From assembly GCA_024346625.1 (NCBI GenBank), contig AP024664.1, forward strand, positions 372,001 to 436,000: a stretch of DNA of 64,000 bases, in the 5' to 3' direction. Below the pieces are notes generated by a model, which saw only the letters and a program-made list of their open reading frames with translations, was not told the origin of the DNA and did no database searches. This document shows, in pieces, positions 33,755 through 44,125 of this stretch. Origin of the DNA: Williopsis jadinii. Taxonomy: Eukaryota. How positions within the stretch are numbered: the first letter of the stretch is position 1; the number at the start of each line of letters is the position of its first letter. A program made the position numbers and the translations under genes.

Positions 33755-36418
33755 ATGGCGGTGTGGGAGCACTTGGACGTTGACCATGCTCACGTTGCGT
33801 ACGCGATCATAGGGACGTTCTCTGCGGTGTTTTCTCTTGTTTCTCTGTTTGTGAAGGAGAAGCTCTATATTGGTGAGGCTACTGTTGCTGCCATTGCAGG
33901 GTTGATATTTGGGCCTTACTGCTTGAACTGGTTCACGCCGACAGAGTGGGGCAATACTGATCAGATCACACTGGAGATTAGTCGTATCGTGCTCTGTCTA
34001 CAGATCTTTGCCGTTGCTGTGGAATTGCCAAAGAAGTACATGCTGAGGCACTGGGTGTCTGTGTTTATGCTGTTAGTGCCTGTGATGACGTATGGCTGGC
34101 TGGTGATTGGCGCCTTCATCTACCTGTTGTTCCCAGGCTTGAACTTCTCGTCCTCTTTAGTTGTGAGTGCTTGTATAACAGCCACTGACCCCGTGCTTGC
34201 GGCAGCAGTGGTTGGTAAGGGTAAATTTGCCAGAACCAGGGTCCCTGGACACCTGAGAAACCTGCTGAGTGCCGAATCCGGCTGCAACGACGGTATGGCC
34301 TTTCCTTTCATCTATCTGGGTGTCAATCTCGTTATCCATCACGGTAATGCCCGTGAAATCGTTAAGGATTGGATCTGCGTTACTATTCTATACGAGTGCA
34401 TTCTAGGTTGTTTCATGGGTGCACTGATTGGTTACCTGTCAAGACATGCAATCAAATTCTGCGAGAGAAAGAAGCTCATAGATCGGGAATCGTTTTTGGC
34501 CTTTTACATATTCATCGCTGTGATGTGTGGTGGGTTTGGTTCAATATTGGGCGTGGATGACTTGCTGGTTTCCTTCGCAGCAGGTGCAGCGTTCTCATGG
34601 GATGGTTGGTTTGCACGCAAGACTGAAGAATCCCATGTCTCTACTGTGATTGACTTGCTGTTAAATCTGGCATATTTTGTTTACTTTGGTGCTATCGTTC
34701 CATGGCCTCAGTTCAATGATGCATCATTGGGCCTAAACGTTTGGAGACTGATTGTCTTGGCCATCGTTGTGCTCACTCTCAGAAGAATCCCTGCTGTTAT
34801 GGCTGTGAAAGTTCTCATTCCAGATATAAAGACATGGAGAGAGGCTATATTCTGTGGTCATTTTGGTCCTATTGGTGTTGGTGCAGTTTACGCTGCAATT
34901 GTTTCGAGAGCTGCACTTGAAGGTGAACTGACAAGCCAAGCTACTCCAACGTCAGAGCTGCCATCACCAGATTCGGAGAATTATTTGCTGATTGCAGTGA
35001 TTTGGCCAATAGTTACGTTTCTGATCATCTCTTCAATTATAGTTCATGGTTCCTCTGTTGCTGCAATTGTGTTGGGTAAACATTTGAACACAATGAACAT
35101 AACAATGTCCTTCACCACCACTAATGGTAACTCTTCCAATTGGATGTCCCGTTTACCGGAGCTGAAGGCAAATGGGCGTTCATTTTCCTTACACAGAATA
35201 GATACGTTTGCACCAAAGTCATCTGGTGACGCTGGTCCTTTATCACAGACCACGACGGTTGAAACCTCTGGTATACCTGCGAGACCAGCTGGTGGTATGC
35301 GTATCAAGAAAGCCAAGAAGAGATTTGGGAAGAAGAAGCTTAAGAGAACAATCTCTGAAGACTCTGCTGATTTGGATATGGATAGGGAAAAGATAATGAA
35401 AGAAAGAGAAGCTAAAGCAGCAGCTTTTGCCCTTGGCTCTCAAAGACCAGCGGAGAAGGAGGAAGGAGAAAATGAGTACAACAGCTCTACAAAGATTGGA
35501 ATTACTCCTGCGAATACGGATGTAGAAACAGTTCCATTTCCAAGTGCAGAACCTCAATATCCAATTCACGAGGCAGATGAACATACAGAGGGAGTTAACG
35601 TTGGCACTTACAATCTCCAGAGAACTCCAACGAATGCATACCAAGAGGGAAATACACTTATTATTGAGGATCAGCATGGAGAAATTATGGATACTGCACA
35701 TATGGTGAATGATGATTTGGGAGATAGATTGAAGAGAACTCTATCAGCTGCATCATCTGGCAATTCTCTATTATCACCTGTCAAGTCATTAGCACACTCC
35801 TTAGAGAGAATTCCATCAAGAGATCGACCAAGTAAGAGATACGTTGCTTACAAGACTGGTGATCACTTGATTATTGAGAGTGAAGATGGTGAAGTTTTGA
35901 GAAGATATGCCGTTCACCACCATGGACAGAACGACGTGAGACCAAGAACTACTTCTCTTATTGGAGGTGTTGCAGGAAAGGCACTCTCTGTCGTTGGACT
36001 GAAGTCCTCCAATACCAATGACAGTAAAGTACCTACTGCCCAGAAAGTGATCCCATTATCTCCATTACCGTTGGAACAAGACCACAGTGAATCTGAAGAA
36101 GAGGAAGAATCCAGTGTTGAATTAGAGACCACTGATACTAATACGCAGGGAGAAGGTGAAGAAGAGGAGACTGCTTTTGAACGACAGAGACGTTTGGCTG
36201 CGCTGGGTCATATCTCCACTCAGCACGAAAGTGAAGACGAAGAAGAAGATGTGCCACCAATCACTCCTGTTAGTGTTCATAGAGGTGGTACTGTTCATTC
36301 GATTACCCATGCTCTTATGCCACATATCGGTTCTTCTAGCAACAGCTCACCATCCAAGGGAACCACACAAGGTGCCACAGTACAATTCACAGACACCCCA
36401 AAGCCAAAAAAGCATTGA
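33755..36418 (+). CDS. NHA1: Plasma-membrane Na+(K+)/H+ antiporter, 887 aa
   Basis: MAVWEHL..SLFVKEKLYIGE, ACITATDPVLA, LSAESGCNDG, GVDDLL and GHFGPIGVGA motifs; long hydrophilic tail with ETAFERQRRLAALG. Confidence 0.97.
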   Translation: MAVWEHLDVDHAHVAYAIIGTFSAVFSLVSLFVKEKLYIGEATVAAIAGLIFGPYCLNWFTPTEWGNTDQITLEISRIVLCLQIFAVAVELPKKYMLRHWVSVFMLLVPVMTYGWLVIGAFIYLLFPGLNFSSSLVVSACITATDPVLAAAVVGKGKFARTRVPGHLRNLLSAESGCNDGMAFPFIYLGVNLVIHHGNAREIVKDWICVTILYECILGCFMGALIGYLSRHAIKFCERKKLIDRESFLAFYIFIAVMCGGFGSILGVDDLLVSFAAGAAFSWDGWFARKTEESHVSTVIDLLLNLAYFVYFGAIVPWPQFNDASLGLNVWRLIVLAIVVLTLRRIPAVMAVKVLIPDIKTWREAIFCGHFGPIGVGAVYAAIVSRAALEGELTSQATPTSELPSPDSENYLLIAVIWPIVTFLIISSIIVHGSSVAAIVLGKHLNTMNITMSFTTTNGNSSNWMSRLPELKANGRSFSLHRIDTFAPKSSGDAGPLSQTTTVETSGIPARPAGGMRIKKAKKRFGKKKLKRTISEDSADLDMDREKIMKEREAKAAAFALGSQRPAEKEEGENEYNSSTKIGITPANTDVETVPFPSAEPQYPIHEADEHTEGVNVGTYNLQRTPTNAYQEGNTLIIEDQHGEIMDTAHMVNDDLGDRLKRTLSAASSGNSLLSPVKSLAHSLERIPSRDRPSKRYVAYKTGDHLIIESEDGEVLRRYAVHHHGQNDVRPRTTSLIGGVAGKALSVVGLKSSNTNDSKVPTAQKVIPLSPLPLEQDHSESEEEEESSVELETTDTNTQGEGEEEETAFERQRRLAALGHISTQHESEDEEEDVPPITPVSVHRGGTVHSITHALMPHIGSSSNSSPSKGTTQGATVQFTDTPKPKKH

Positions 36419-36735
36419 ACTCCTATGCTGTGTTTGATCTTTGTCTCAGCTGCCTGATTAGTATTAAAGCACTCGATTATATTTTGTTCATTAATGTTGA
36501 CTTCAGTTCGGTTTCAGTATTGTCTTGTTTTGATTTTTTATACGTTATATATGTTTCTTTTTTAAACAGTTTGACTCATTAATTTGACTTACACAAGAGA
36601 TAAGACCTGTCGACTTCTATAATGATCTGATTAAATGGATCATTAAGTGTAGATCACCAGAATTGACTGACATGAGTTGTAGAGGATTATGAGAGTCACG
36701 TGACTGATACTCAAGAAAAAATAAAAAAAAATTAA

Positions 36736-36817
36736 TGGAAGAGACGAGGTTCGAACTCGCGCAACTTTACGTTACCAGCACCTGAAGCGGGCGCCTTAAC
36801 CACTCGGCCACTCTCCC
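36736..36817 (-). tRNA. tRNA-Leu(CAG), intronless, 82 nt
   Basis: GGGAGAG TG GCC GAGTGGTTAA GGC G CCCGC TTCAGGT GCTGG TAACGTAAAGTTGC GCGAG TTCGAAC CTCGT CTCTTCC A. Cloverleaf with A and B boxes, long variable arm, G37 and A73, followed by a T-run terminator. Confidence 0.93.
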
Positions 36818-38519
36818 TTTGGTTATGTTTGGGCTTATCATCCGTGCACTATACAGTACAAACGGTGATGTGGTGACAGGACGCAACTCATCAATACCAT
36901 CTTTGAACTGTTACTAGTTGATTAAAAAAGATTGTTCTAGTCTCATAACGCTACGAACGAGTTCTTTCAGGACCACACCATGTTCTCAGAACCAACATTG
37001 ACGGTTATCAAGCGACGCGTCGAAACTCCCGGTTTCATACATCAGGGCGTTGGAATAAACGCGTGTTTTACCATATCCCCCTTCCAAATCCAATCCTGCG
37101 AAACTCTGAGGTCGCAAGCCCTTGAAGATGTATAATCCCGGACGCGTTGTAGAACAGCTCAGATACGATGGAAGTCCAATCAATGTTGAAGGGAGGGGGC
37201 TTTTCTTAGTCAATTGAAGGTTCATATATTTCCTTGGCTACGTAGAAGCCCCGTCCTGTTGTAAAACATCGATAGCCAATTGAGAGCGTCGATTGCACCT
37301 CCATCCCCCTAAAATCACCAGATCGATTCCTCATGACATGGATGATTGCTGCGCCTACGTAGGACAGGTGGGTGCCGTATCTGGTATAGATGAATTGCTG
37401 AATCTGTCCATGCCATTAAGGTACTTAAAAAGGTTATATAGGCTGCATGTGTGGTTCCGACGGAACACGAGCTTGGTGAGATACAGTAGGAACCTAATCT
37501 TCTCACGAAGCCGTTGGGCAATTGACTACGTTAGAGTATATCCTTATTGTGTGCATGTCTTCGTCTTCCATAGATAAGGCCTTGATCGAGCTGTAATTGG
37601 GCAAAGTGTTCTAAGGGAGCAATTGTAGCAACTGTAGCAACTTAGACCATCATCAAGGGGTAAAATACCAAACAACAGCAGCAATCAACGGATACGTGTT
37701 GCAAGCTCCACAACAGTGGAATTGGGTTCCCTCATCATGCACAATGACACGTTTTAGAGCTTGAAGTTGGGTAAGAATTCCAAGACGAGAAACCTATGGG
37801 GCCAAAAAAAGAAACAGTGCAAGAAAAGAAAAGAGCACAGGCTCACTACGCGAGATTTCATTGGTCCAATTCATGCTCCAAGGATCTGCATACCCGAGAC
37901 AGAGGGAACAGCGTCCACAACAGGAAATACAGCTGAGATCTATGATTACACAACAGTGTCTTCCAAACAGGCCACTCTGGGGGGGAATGGGAAAGAAAAC
38001 CCACCGTTGTCGAGCACTCCACCATTAGTACTCGTCCAAAGCTCGACGCATCTCCTTCAGCTCGGCATTGCCGAGAGCCAGATCTATGAACAAAGAAACA
38101 GACAAAAGCATGTTATTCAATTACAATGGAGCACAGCATGGGCATACAAGACTCCTCGACAAAGTGCTTGCTCTATGCGTCATGGCCTAAGTGGAATACC
38201 AATCACTCACATACACTGCCACATCTGGCCATGAAGCTCGAATAGTAGTACCCACTGAAACAAAAAGCAATCAGGCAAGGAAAGGCACCATGCACATTCG
38301 ACACGTCTCAAAGGGGAAATCAGTTTCTATAATTAAACCACGACAATGCCGGGAAAATTTTTCTCTGATGCTTTCCTGTTGCGTTGTTGACATTTTCACG
38401 TACCGTGGTGCATAAACAGGGGGACGAGAGAAAGAATATAAATACTGTGCGCAATTCCCGTTGTTTCCTGATACTTGTTTTGGTTCGAAGCTGAGTATCA
38501 ACCAAGTATCTTGCAAACA

Positions 38520-38705
38520 ATGTCCTCTGCTGTTCCAACTCTTTCTCTCGTCCCAGCCGATGTCGTGCTTAAGGCTGCCAACTCCTCCAACACCACTACT
38601 TCTTCCTCTACAGGTGGTGCTGAACAACTCAACATGAACTGGAAGACTGGCTCCTTCATGGGTATGTTGCTTCTTTCCCCAATTGTGTTGGGTCTCGGCT
38701 TGTAA
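38520..38705 (+). CDS. 61-aa Ser/Thr-rich microprotein with hydrophobic C-terminus
   Basis: ATG in AAACAATG context, TATAAATA at 38437-38444, codon usage typical of highly expressed genes, NSS/NTT sequons, C-terminal hydrophobic tail. Confidence 0.65.
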   Translation: MSSAVPTLSLVPADVVLKAANSSNTTTSSSTGGAEQLNMNWKTGSFMGMLLLSPIVLGLGL

Positions 38706-39037
38706 GCGGACACTTCAAGGGCCACCACACTACCAGCATTCTTGTTATTATGTTAAAAAAAGGACAGTTGTACGCTGCTTGTACAACGATTTGTGATACC
38801 ACTTAAAATGACCATGGGGTTGAAATTTTTGTCTATTGGGGAGTTTATTTTCATTATTTGTTATAGTATAGTATCTCGATGATATAATTACACTGTTTTA
38901 AGGAGAATTTCCAAGTATCTTCTCTTGCTTTGTTTACTTTATTGTAGAGTTTGTCGGTGCACATGGGACAGGAGTCCAGATTTGTCCATGCGAGCGTTTG
39001 ATGTTTCAGCCTCACAACACTGGAATCAGAAGTCGGG

Positions 39038-39925
39038 CTATAGCCACAGTGACTCTTTAAACCAATGAGCAATGTAGCCCACGGTGGTTTCCCACACTTG
39101 TTTAAACCTCAATTGTCTCTCCAGTTTCCTCTGATGCGATTCATATAGCCTTGCAGCCATCTTGTTTCTGTAGAGCTGTGCTTTCTCTTTAGAAATCCTC
39201 TCAAAGTCTCTGTACCTCAGATTCTTTGGTGAAACGTACTCCAAGAACTCACAAGCGTTGGGCCTGTTATCCTTGACGATATCGTGGTACGAGAGTGATT
39301 GGAAACATTCCCTCCATTTGGAGAAATTCCTAGTGTTCTTCAAATGGTTGTACACCTGGGTTTCGCATGCCGTGCTATTATTGATGTAATTGTACGTTGA
39401 GCACGTCATGATGATCCTCGTCCTCCATACTAAAAACGCACGACGTAGTCCCAGGTAGAACAATATGCTCTTGACTTTTTCAATCTCATTCAGTGGGAGG
39501 CTCTTTCTCGTCTTAAACCTTCTCTGTTTCGTATGCACGAGCAAAGGAGCTTTAGGTATGTCCTCACGGTAGAGTTCTCTTATCGTTCTTCTCGTTGAAC
39601 AGCTCGCGGAGGATGAAGTGATGGGGCTCAGCATGTATTGGAGATGCTGTGGACATCGTTTAATCAAAGGTGCGCTTGTCTTGGGACCAGGTGGTCTCCT
39701 CCCCAGTTCTTTGCGGAGTGCTTTTAAATCCAAATGCACCGGAGTTGGCAGTGCATCACTTACACTGGCACATGGCTCCCAACGTTGAGTCCTTATCGAG
39801 CCCGAACTCATATCCCGTGCTATTATCTCGGCAGTTCCATATTCTGAGCCAATTGATGCACGAGAGCCTTTTTCCAGTAGTCTTTCCCTGGCAATAAGCA
39901 CAGTTTCTGACTTGGCAGTGGTCAT
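39038..39925 (-). CDS. Hypothetical basic protein, 295 aa
   Basis: ATG-initiated 888-nt ORF in a free interval. No family recognised. Confidence 0.65.
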   Translation of the reverse strand: MTTAKSETVLIARERLLEKGSRASIGSEYGTAEIIARDMSSGSIRTQRWEPCASVSDALPTPVHLDLKALRKELGRRPPGPKTSAPLIKRCPQHLQYMLSPITSSSASCSTRRTIRELYREDIPKAPLLVHTKQRRFKTRKSLPLNEIEKVKSILFYLGLRRAFLVWRTRIIMTCSTYNYINNSTACETQVYNHLKNTRNFSKWRECFQSLSYHDIVKDNRPNACEFLEYVSPKNLRYRDFERISKEKAQLYRNKMAARLYESHQRKLERQLRFKQVWETTVGYIAHWFKESLWL

Positions 39926-40477
39926 TGTTCTTTACAGCACCAGTGATTCGTATACTAAGATGTGAAAGAGGAAGTTTCACAATAACCAAAGAAGTACACA
40001 TCTATACATAGTGGAAAGGCATAAGAACTCACTAATGCCCTCATCTAGCTCTATATACCACATATACATAGCTGTAAGGGCTCAATACTTCTCATAATGC
40101 CGACGCTGTACAGTTAAATGTTGTTTAATGCAGCTATCGAAGAGCCAAACACTGAGGATAATAGTTGTCTACAGAGAGCAATTCTCTAAGAGGAATAAAC
40201 CTATATACTTGGACGTGAAAGGTGAGGTGATTCAATGTCATTGCACGTACTGGACGTCCATCACCATGGGAACTGGATCCTGAATTGTGATACTACTTAC
40301 ACTACTGAAGGATTCAGCAGTAAGCAGTAGCAACAGCAATATCCGAGGCTCACACGTGATTATCTCCCCGGATCTCCTCAATCTCTCAAAGGTCTCCGCC
40401 CGCGGCCCTTTTTTGTACTTTCACCTAAACGACAACGATTACATAACAAAGGTCTCAAGATTCCATCAACAACGCCA

Positions 40478-41053
40478 ATGTTCTCGCTCAGTATCAGAAG
40501 TGCCGTCAAGAGACAACTGCTGGTGCGTCCATTCTCAGCGGCCACACGCTTGTGCCAGGTGGCAAAGGCCACGGAGGGAGCAACGGGACAAGGACAGCAA
40601 CAACTGTCATGGGTTGACTTCTTCAAGCTTCGTCGTCAACAACGTCGTATCAACATCGCGTCGTCTGTTTTCACTGCGTTTATTGGCTCTACAGTGTCAT
40701 GGTCGTTCCTGTCCAACGTGGAGATCGATCCCACGCAGATGATCTTTGGTTTTGATCCATTTATGATCTTCTTTGCCGGATTTATGGGTGCCACTGGACT
40801 GGGTTATATGTTTGGACCGCTTGTTGGATCGCTGGTGTTCCGTCTGGCAAACTCTTCAAAGATTGGCCTCTACCAGCAGAAGAACAAGCAGTTCTTGGAG
40901 AAGGTGTTTGCAAAGAGAGTGGACCCAAGCTCCCAGAGTTTCAGCAACCCGGTGCCGGACTACTACGGTGAAAAGATCGACAACATCAAGTCCTACAGAC
41001 AATGGCTGAGAGATTGTAACGCCTACAGAAGAAAGGCCAAGGAGTTCTTGTGA
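40478..41053 (+). CDS. PAM17: Mitochondrial import motor subunit Pam17, 191 aa
   Basis: Presequence; LSWVDFFKLR; RVDPSSQSFSNPVPDYYGEKI; YRQWLRDCNAYRRKAKEFL. Confidence 0.96.
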   Translation: MFSLSIRSAVKRQLLVRPFSAATRLCQVAKATEGATGQGQQQLSWVDFFKLRRQQRRINIASSVFTAFIGSTVSWSFLSNVEIDPTQMIFGFDPFMIFFAGFMGATGLGYMFGPLVGSLVFRLANSSKIGLYQQKNKQFLEKVFAKRVDPSSQSFSNPVPDYYGEKIDNIKSYRQWLRDCNAYRRKAKEFL

Positions 41054-41173
41054 TCTTGCTCCACTTCTTTCTTATTTCTTTTGCAAGTGTTTATAAAATA
41101 AAACTGAAGGAAATAATCTACTGTATATAGGAAATTGACGGCCCACACAATATTCACTTGATCAATGGCGTAG

Positions 41174-43510
41174 CTACCATGTTATCAGTTGGAATCTATC
41201 ATCGATATCCTTCTGAGATGTGATGTACTCCAAGGTTCTCTCAAAGTGCTTCTTTGGGTTCTCATTGACACTGTTCTCCTGCGATAGGGTGTCAATGTTA
41301 GTCTGAATCAGCTCAATCAGCCCATTGATGTACTTGATGCTGATACTCTCATTGCCGTGGATGAAGTAGTAGAGGCATCTGTTCAATATCTCAACAAACA
41401 GTTCGATAGAGACACCGCTATCCATACACATGTCAGCGACACGCAACGATCTCTGAAGGCATTCCAACACACGTTTGCCATCTCTGTAGAACTCAGTGAC
41501 ACCTTCCTCTTCCCCAAGGGCTGGGATTTCAACACCCCACCATAAGTGTGATGCTAAGTAGACAGCACGACACTGATCAGGCTTCTTCAACAGCTTGGAG
41601 CTGTGTAGTGCTGTCTTGGTGATCAATGTGTCGTAGTTATCACGAGAAAAGTTTCTGCACTGTTGTAAAGAGCCAGAGATCGAGACGATGGCCTGGTACT
41701 GAGAGCGTGAATCCGAAATGGACTCCTCATAGATGGTGAAGCATTGTGCAAAGAATTCATAGGCGAATTCCTCTGCCTTGATCTGATCAGCGATAACAGC
41801 AGATGACAGATAGAACTTGAAGCTCAAGTCGCTCAAGCCAACCCTGTAGAGGTCATTGATGATACGGGAGATGAACTTGAACAACGAATTCGTCAGATCT
41901 CCGTTCTTGTTTCTCCGTGCAAGTCTCAAGGTGTTGAAGAACAAAGACGGATAAGTGTGTCTGATGTTTCCCTCAGACAAAACACCCTTAACACTTGTTA
42001 ATAGGTTGGCATGGACACTCGTATCCTTGTTCCAAACCAAATGGACCAATTTGGCCAGCTTTTCTTGTTCGTTGATATAGTCCAGTGATTCTTCGCCGTT
42101 GGCATCCTGTTCCTTATCCACACTTGTTATTATCACTCTCAACAGCTTAAAAATCCCCGTAACGTCGTCAACTGTCTTGATCTTGATGCCCTGGAGGAGT
42201 AGTTTATTCAAGATCTCCAAGCTTACACTCTTTTGAGTCTTCAAAGTCTGCGAATTCAAAAGGTTGATGAAATTGGACAGCTTCAAAACGTCCAACAACT
42301 TTGGATAGAGCTTTACAGGTGTTAATAACAACTGTTCAAAGTCCTGTTCTATCTCAACGGTTGACGAAGGATCAACGTCTTTGATCTTGTCCGTGGCGAA
42401 TTTGAAAAGCTGATCAATGTTGTCGTAACAACTTGGATAATAAGCCAATGTTAGTCTTGAAACCGACTCTAAAAGCGAGCCAATCTCTTCAATGGACAGT
42501 TCTCTAGACTTGTCCAACTCGTTGATGTAGAACCAGAACTTGTCAAAGAGATTGAAGTCCAACTTGAACTTTTCATGTTGCTCAGCCCCATCAGATATTG
42601 ACAAGTCGTTAATCTCTTCTCTTTTGGCAAAGTCAGTGAGTCTATTAACGAGTGTGATCAAGACCTTTCTCAGGCTGACGTTTGGATTTAGATCCTTAAT
42701 ACAGTTCAAATACTCATCCAGAGTATATAGATGGTACTCATCTGGGAACACCTGGATAACAACGTCCAAAAGATATTCCTGTGCTAAGACATCCTTGCAC
42801 TGAATTATCTGCTCTAGGACAACGGGCAGGATCTGTGTCTTGTAGTAATCCTTATCGTTATCCAATTGAGATAGTCTAACGAGGTTTGAGCCCACTAGGA
42901 TCCTCAACTCTTCCCTTTCCTTTGTTCTTTTAGCCCTATCCTTCGAAGGACCTTGGTGTTGTAATCTGACCCATAGTTTATTCATCTCGATGAAGTTCTG
43001 GATGACAAACTGGACAGACTCTTGGGATTCTGGTAACAAGTTCTTTGTTCTCTGCTGGAGATAGTATCTCAAGAACAGACCCCTGATAGGGTACTGGACA
43101 CCACGGCACATCTCAATCATGTCCTTCAAGATCTCCTGAACAGGAGCATCTTCAGTGGTCATATAGACCGTACCAACGGTAATCATGAGGTAGAGCCTTG
43201 GAACAATGTTACCAGCGTACTGCACCAGCTCGTACAGATCAGCCAAGTGGTGGTGCGGGTGTGTATCTCTGAGATAACCCGCAAGCAGGTTCAGCGAGTC
43301 AAATACCATGATGTACAGCTCATAGTACTGCTTGGGTGTCAGTTGTGATGTTCTCAACTCCATGAGGAAGTTCGACGCATGCTTCAGGGCATCCATCAGT
43401 TTGCCTCGAGTTTCAAGACATCTCTTCATCAACTGGGTCTCGGAATTGATTGTCGCAATGGCGTCCTTCAACAGTTGTGCCTGTTCCTCGGTGCTCATAG
43501 TATCAGCCAT
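41174..43510 (-). CDS. VPS35: Retromer subunit Vps35, about 778 aa
   Basis: LMDALKHAS, LTPKQYYELY, LADLYELVQYAGNIVPRLYLMITVG, FIEMNKLWVRLQHQG and KLLKKPDQCRAVY motifs. ATG at 43510 (or 43498). Confidence 0.97.
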   Translation of the reverse strand: MADTMSTEEQAQLLKDAIATINSETQLMKRCLETRGKLMDALKHASNFLMELRTSQLTPKQYYELYIMVFDSLNLLAGYLRDTHPHHHLADLYELVQYAGNIVPRLYLMITVGTVYMTTEDAPVQEILKDMIEMCRGVQYPIRGLFLRYYLQQRTKNLLPESQESVQFVIQNFIEMNKLWVRLQHQGPSKDRAKRTKEREELRILVGSNLVRLSQLDNDKDYYKTQILPVVLEQIIQCKDVLAQEYLLDVVIQVFPDEYHLYTLDEYLNCIKDLNPNVSLRKVLITLVNRLTDFAKREEINDLSISDGAEQHEKFKLDFNLFDKFWFYINELDKSRELSIEEIGSLLESVSRLTLAYYPSCYDNIDQLFKFATDKIKDVDPSSTVEIEQDFEQLLLTPVKLYPKLLDVLKLSNFINLLNSQTLKTQKSVSLEILNKLLLQGIKIKTVDDVTGIFKLLRVIITSVDKEQDANGEESLDYINEQEKLAKLVHLVWNKDTSVHANLLTSVKGVLSEGNIRHTYPSLFFNTLRLARRNKNGDLTNSLFKFISRIINDLYRVGLSDLSFKFYLSSAVIADQIKAEEFAYEFFAQCFTIYEESISDSRSQYQAIVSISGSLQQCRNFSRDNYDTLITKTALHSSKLLKKPDQCRAVYLASHLWWGVEIPALGEEEGVTEFYRDGKRVLECLQRSLRVADMCMDSGVSIELFVEILNRCLYYFIHGNESISIKYINGLIELIQTNIDTLSQENSVNENPKKHFERTLEYITSQKDIDDRFQLITW

Positions 43511-44125
43511 GTCTACCAAAGTGTTCAGCTTCTTCAGTATGTCAAATGATTGAAAAGAACCGGGAAACGACGGTGTGCTTCGGTATACTCTCTTGCTATA
43601 GCAATATACAACACTCTGGAGCAATAAGATTGGTCCAATTGGTTGTTGTAACAGGAAACAGTGATTGAAATGTATCGGAGATTCGAAGTGTAGTACAACT
43701 CACCCGGACACCTCACCCCCTCTCCCTCGATAGGAGGGACAGCCAATCAACCCAGACACCACGGGGATGCTTAAGTAAGCTGCTATTACATAAGCTGGAG
43801 TGCTTACATAACGAAACATCCGAACACCAATTTCTTCTGGGCCCACGTCGTTTATCGCCGAGACTGCCCGGGACCGGGGGAAATCAGCGGCCCTTCAAAG
43901 TGGGAGCCACCCTTAAACCAGGAAAGAGCATCCATGGTTTATACGACGTTTATACCGTAAAGTAAATAACTATTTTCTTTTCAAGTGCTGTGATTGCTTA
44001 CTGTATGAGCTCATAGTGCGATTGAGAAACACTACAGCAACAGCAAGGGAAGTGAGCCTTTCTATATTGACATATTGGAGCCGAATCTTCTTACTTTTAA
44101 AGGCACTATTGAGTATTGAAGAGAG

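Noticed and set aside
37761..38234. 157-aa ORF upstream of the microprotein
   Set aside because: TTG start, no early ATG, no recognisable motifs or codon bias.
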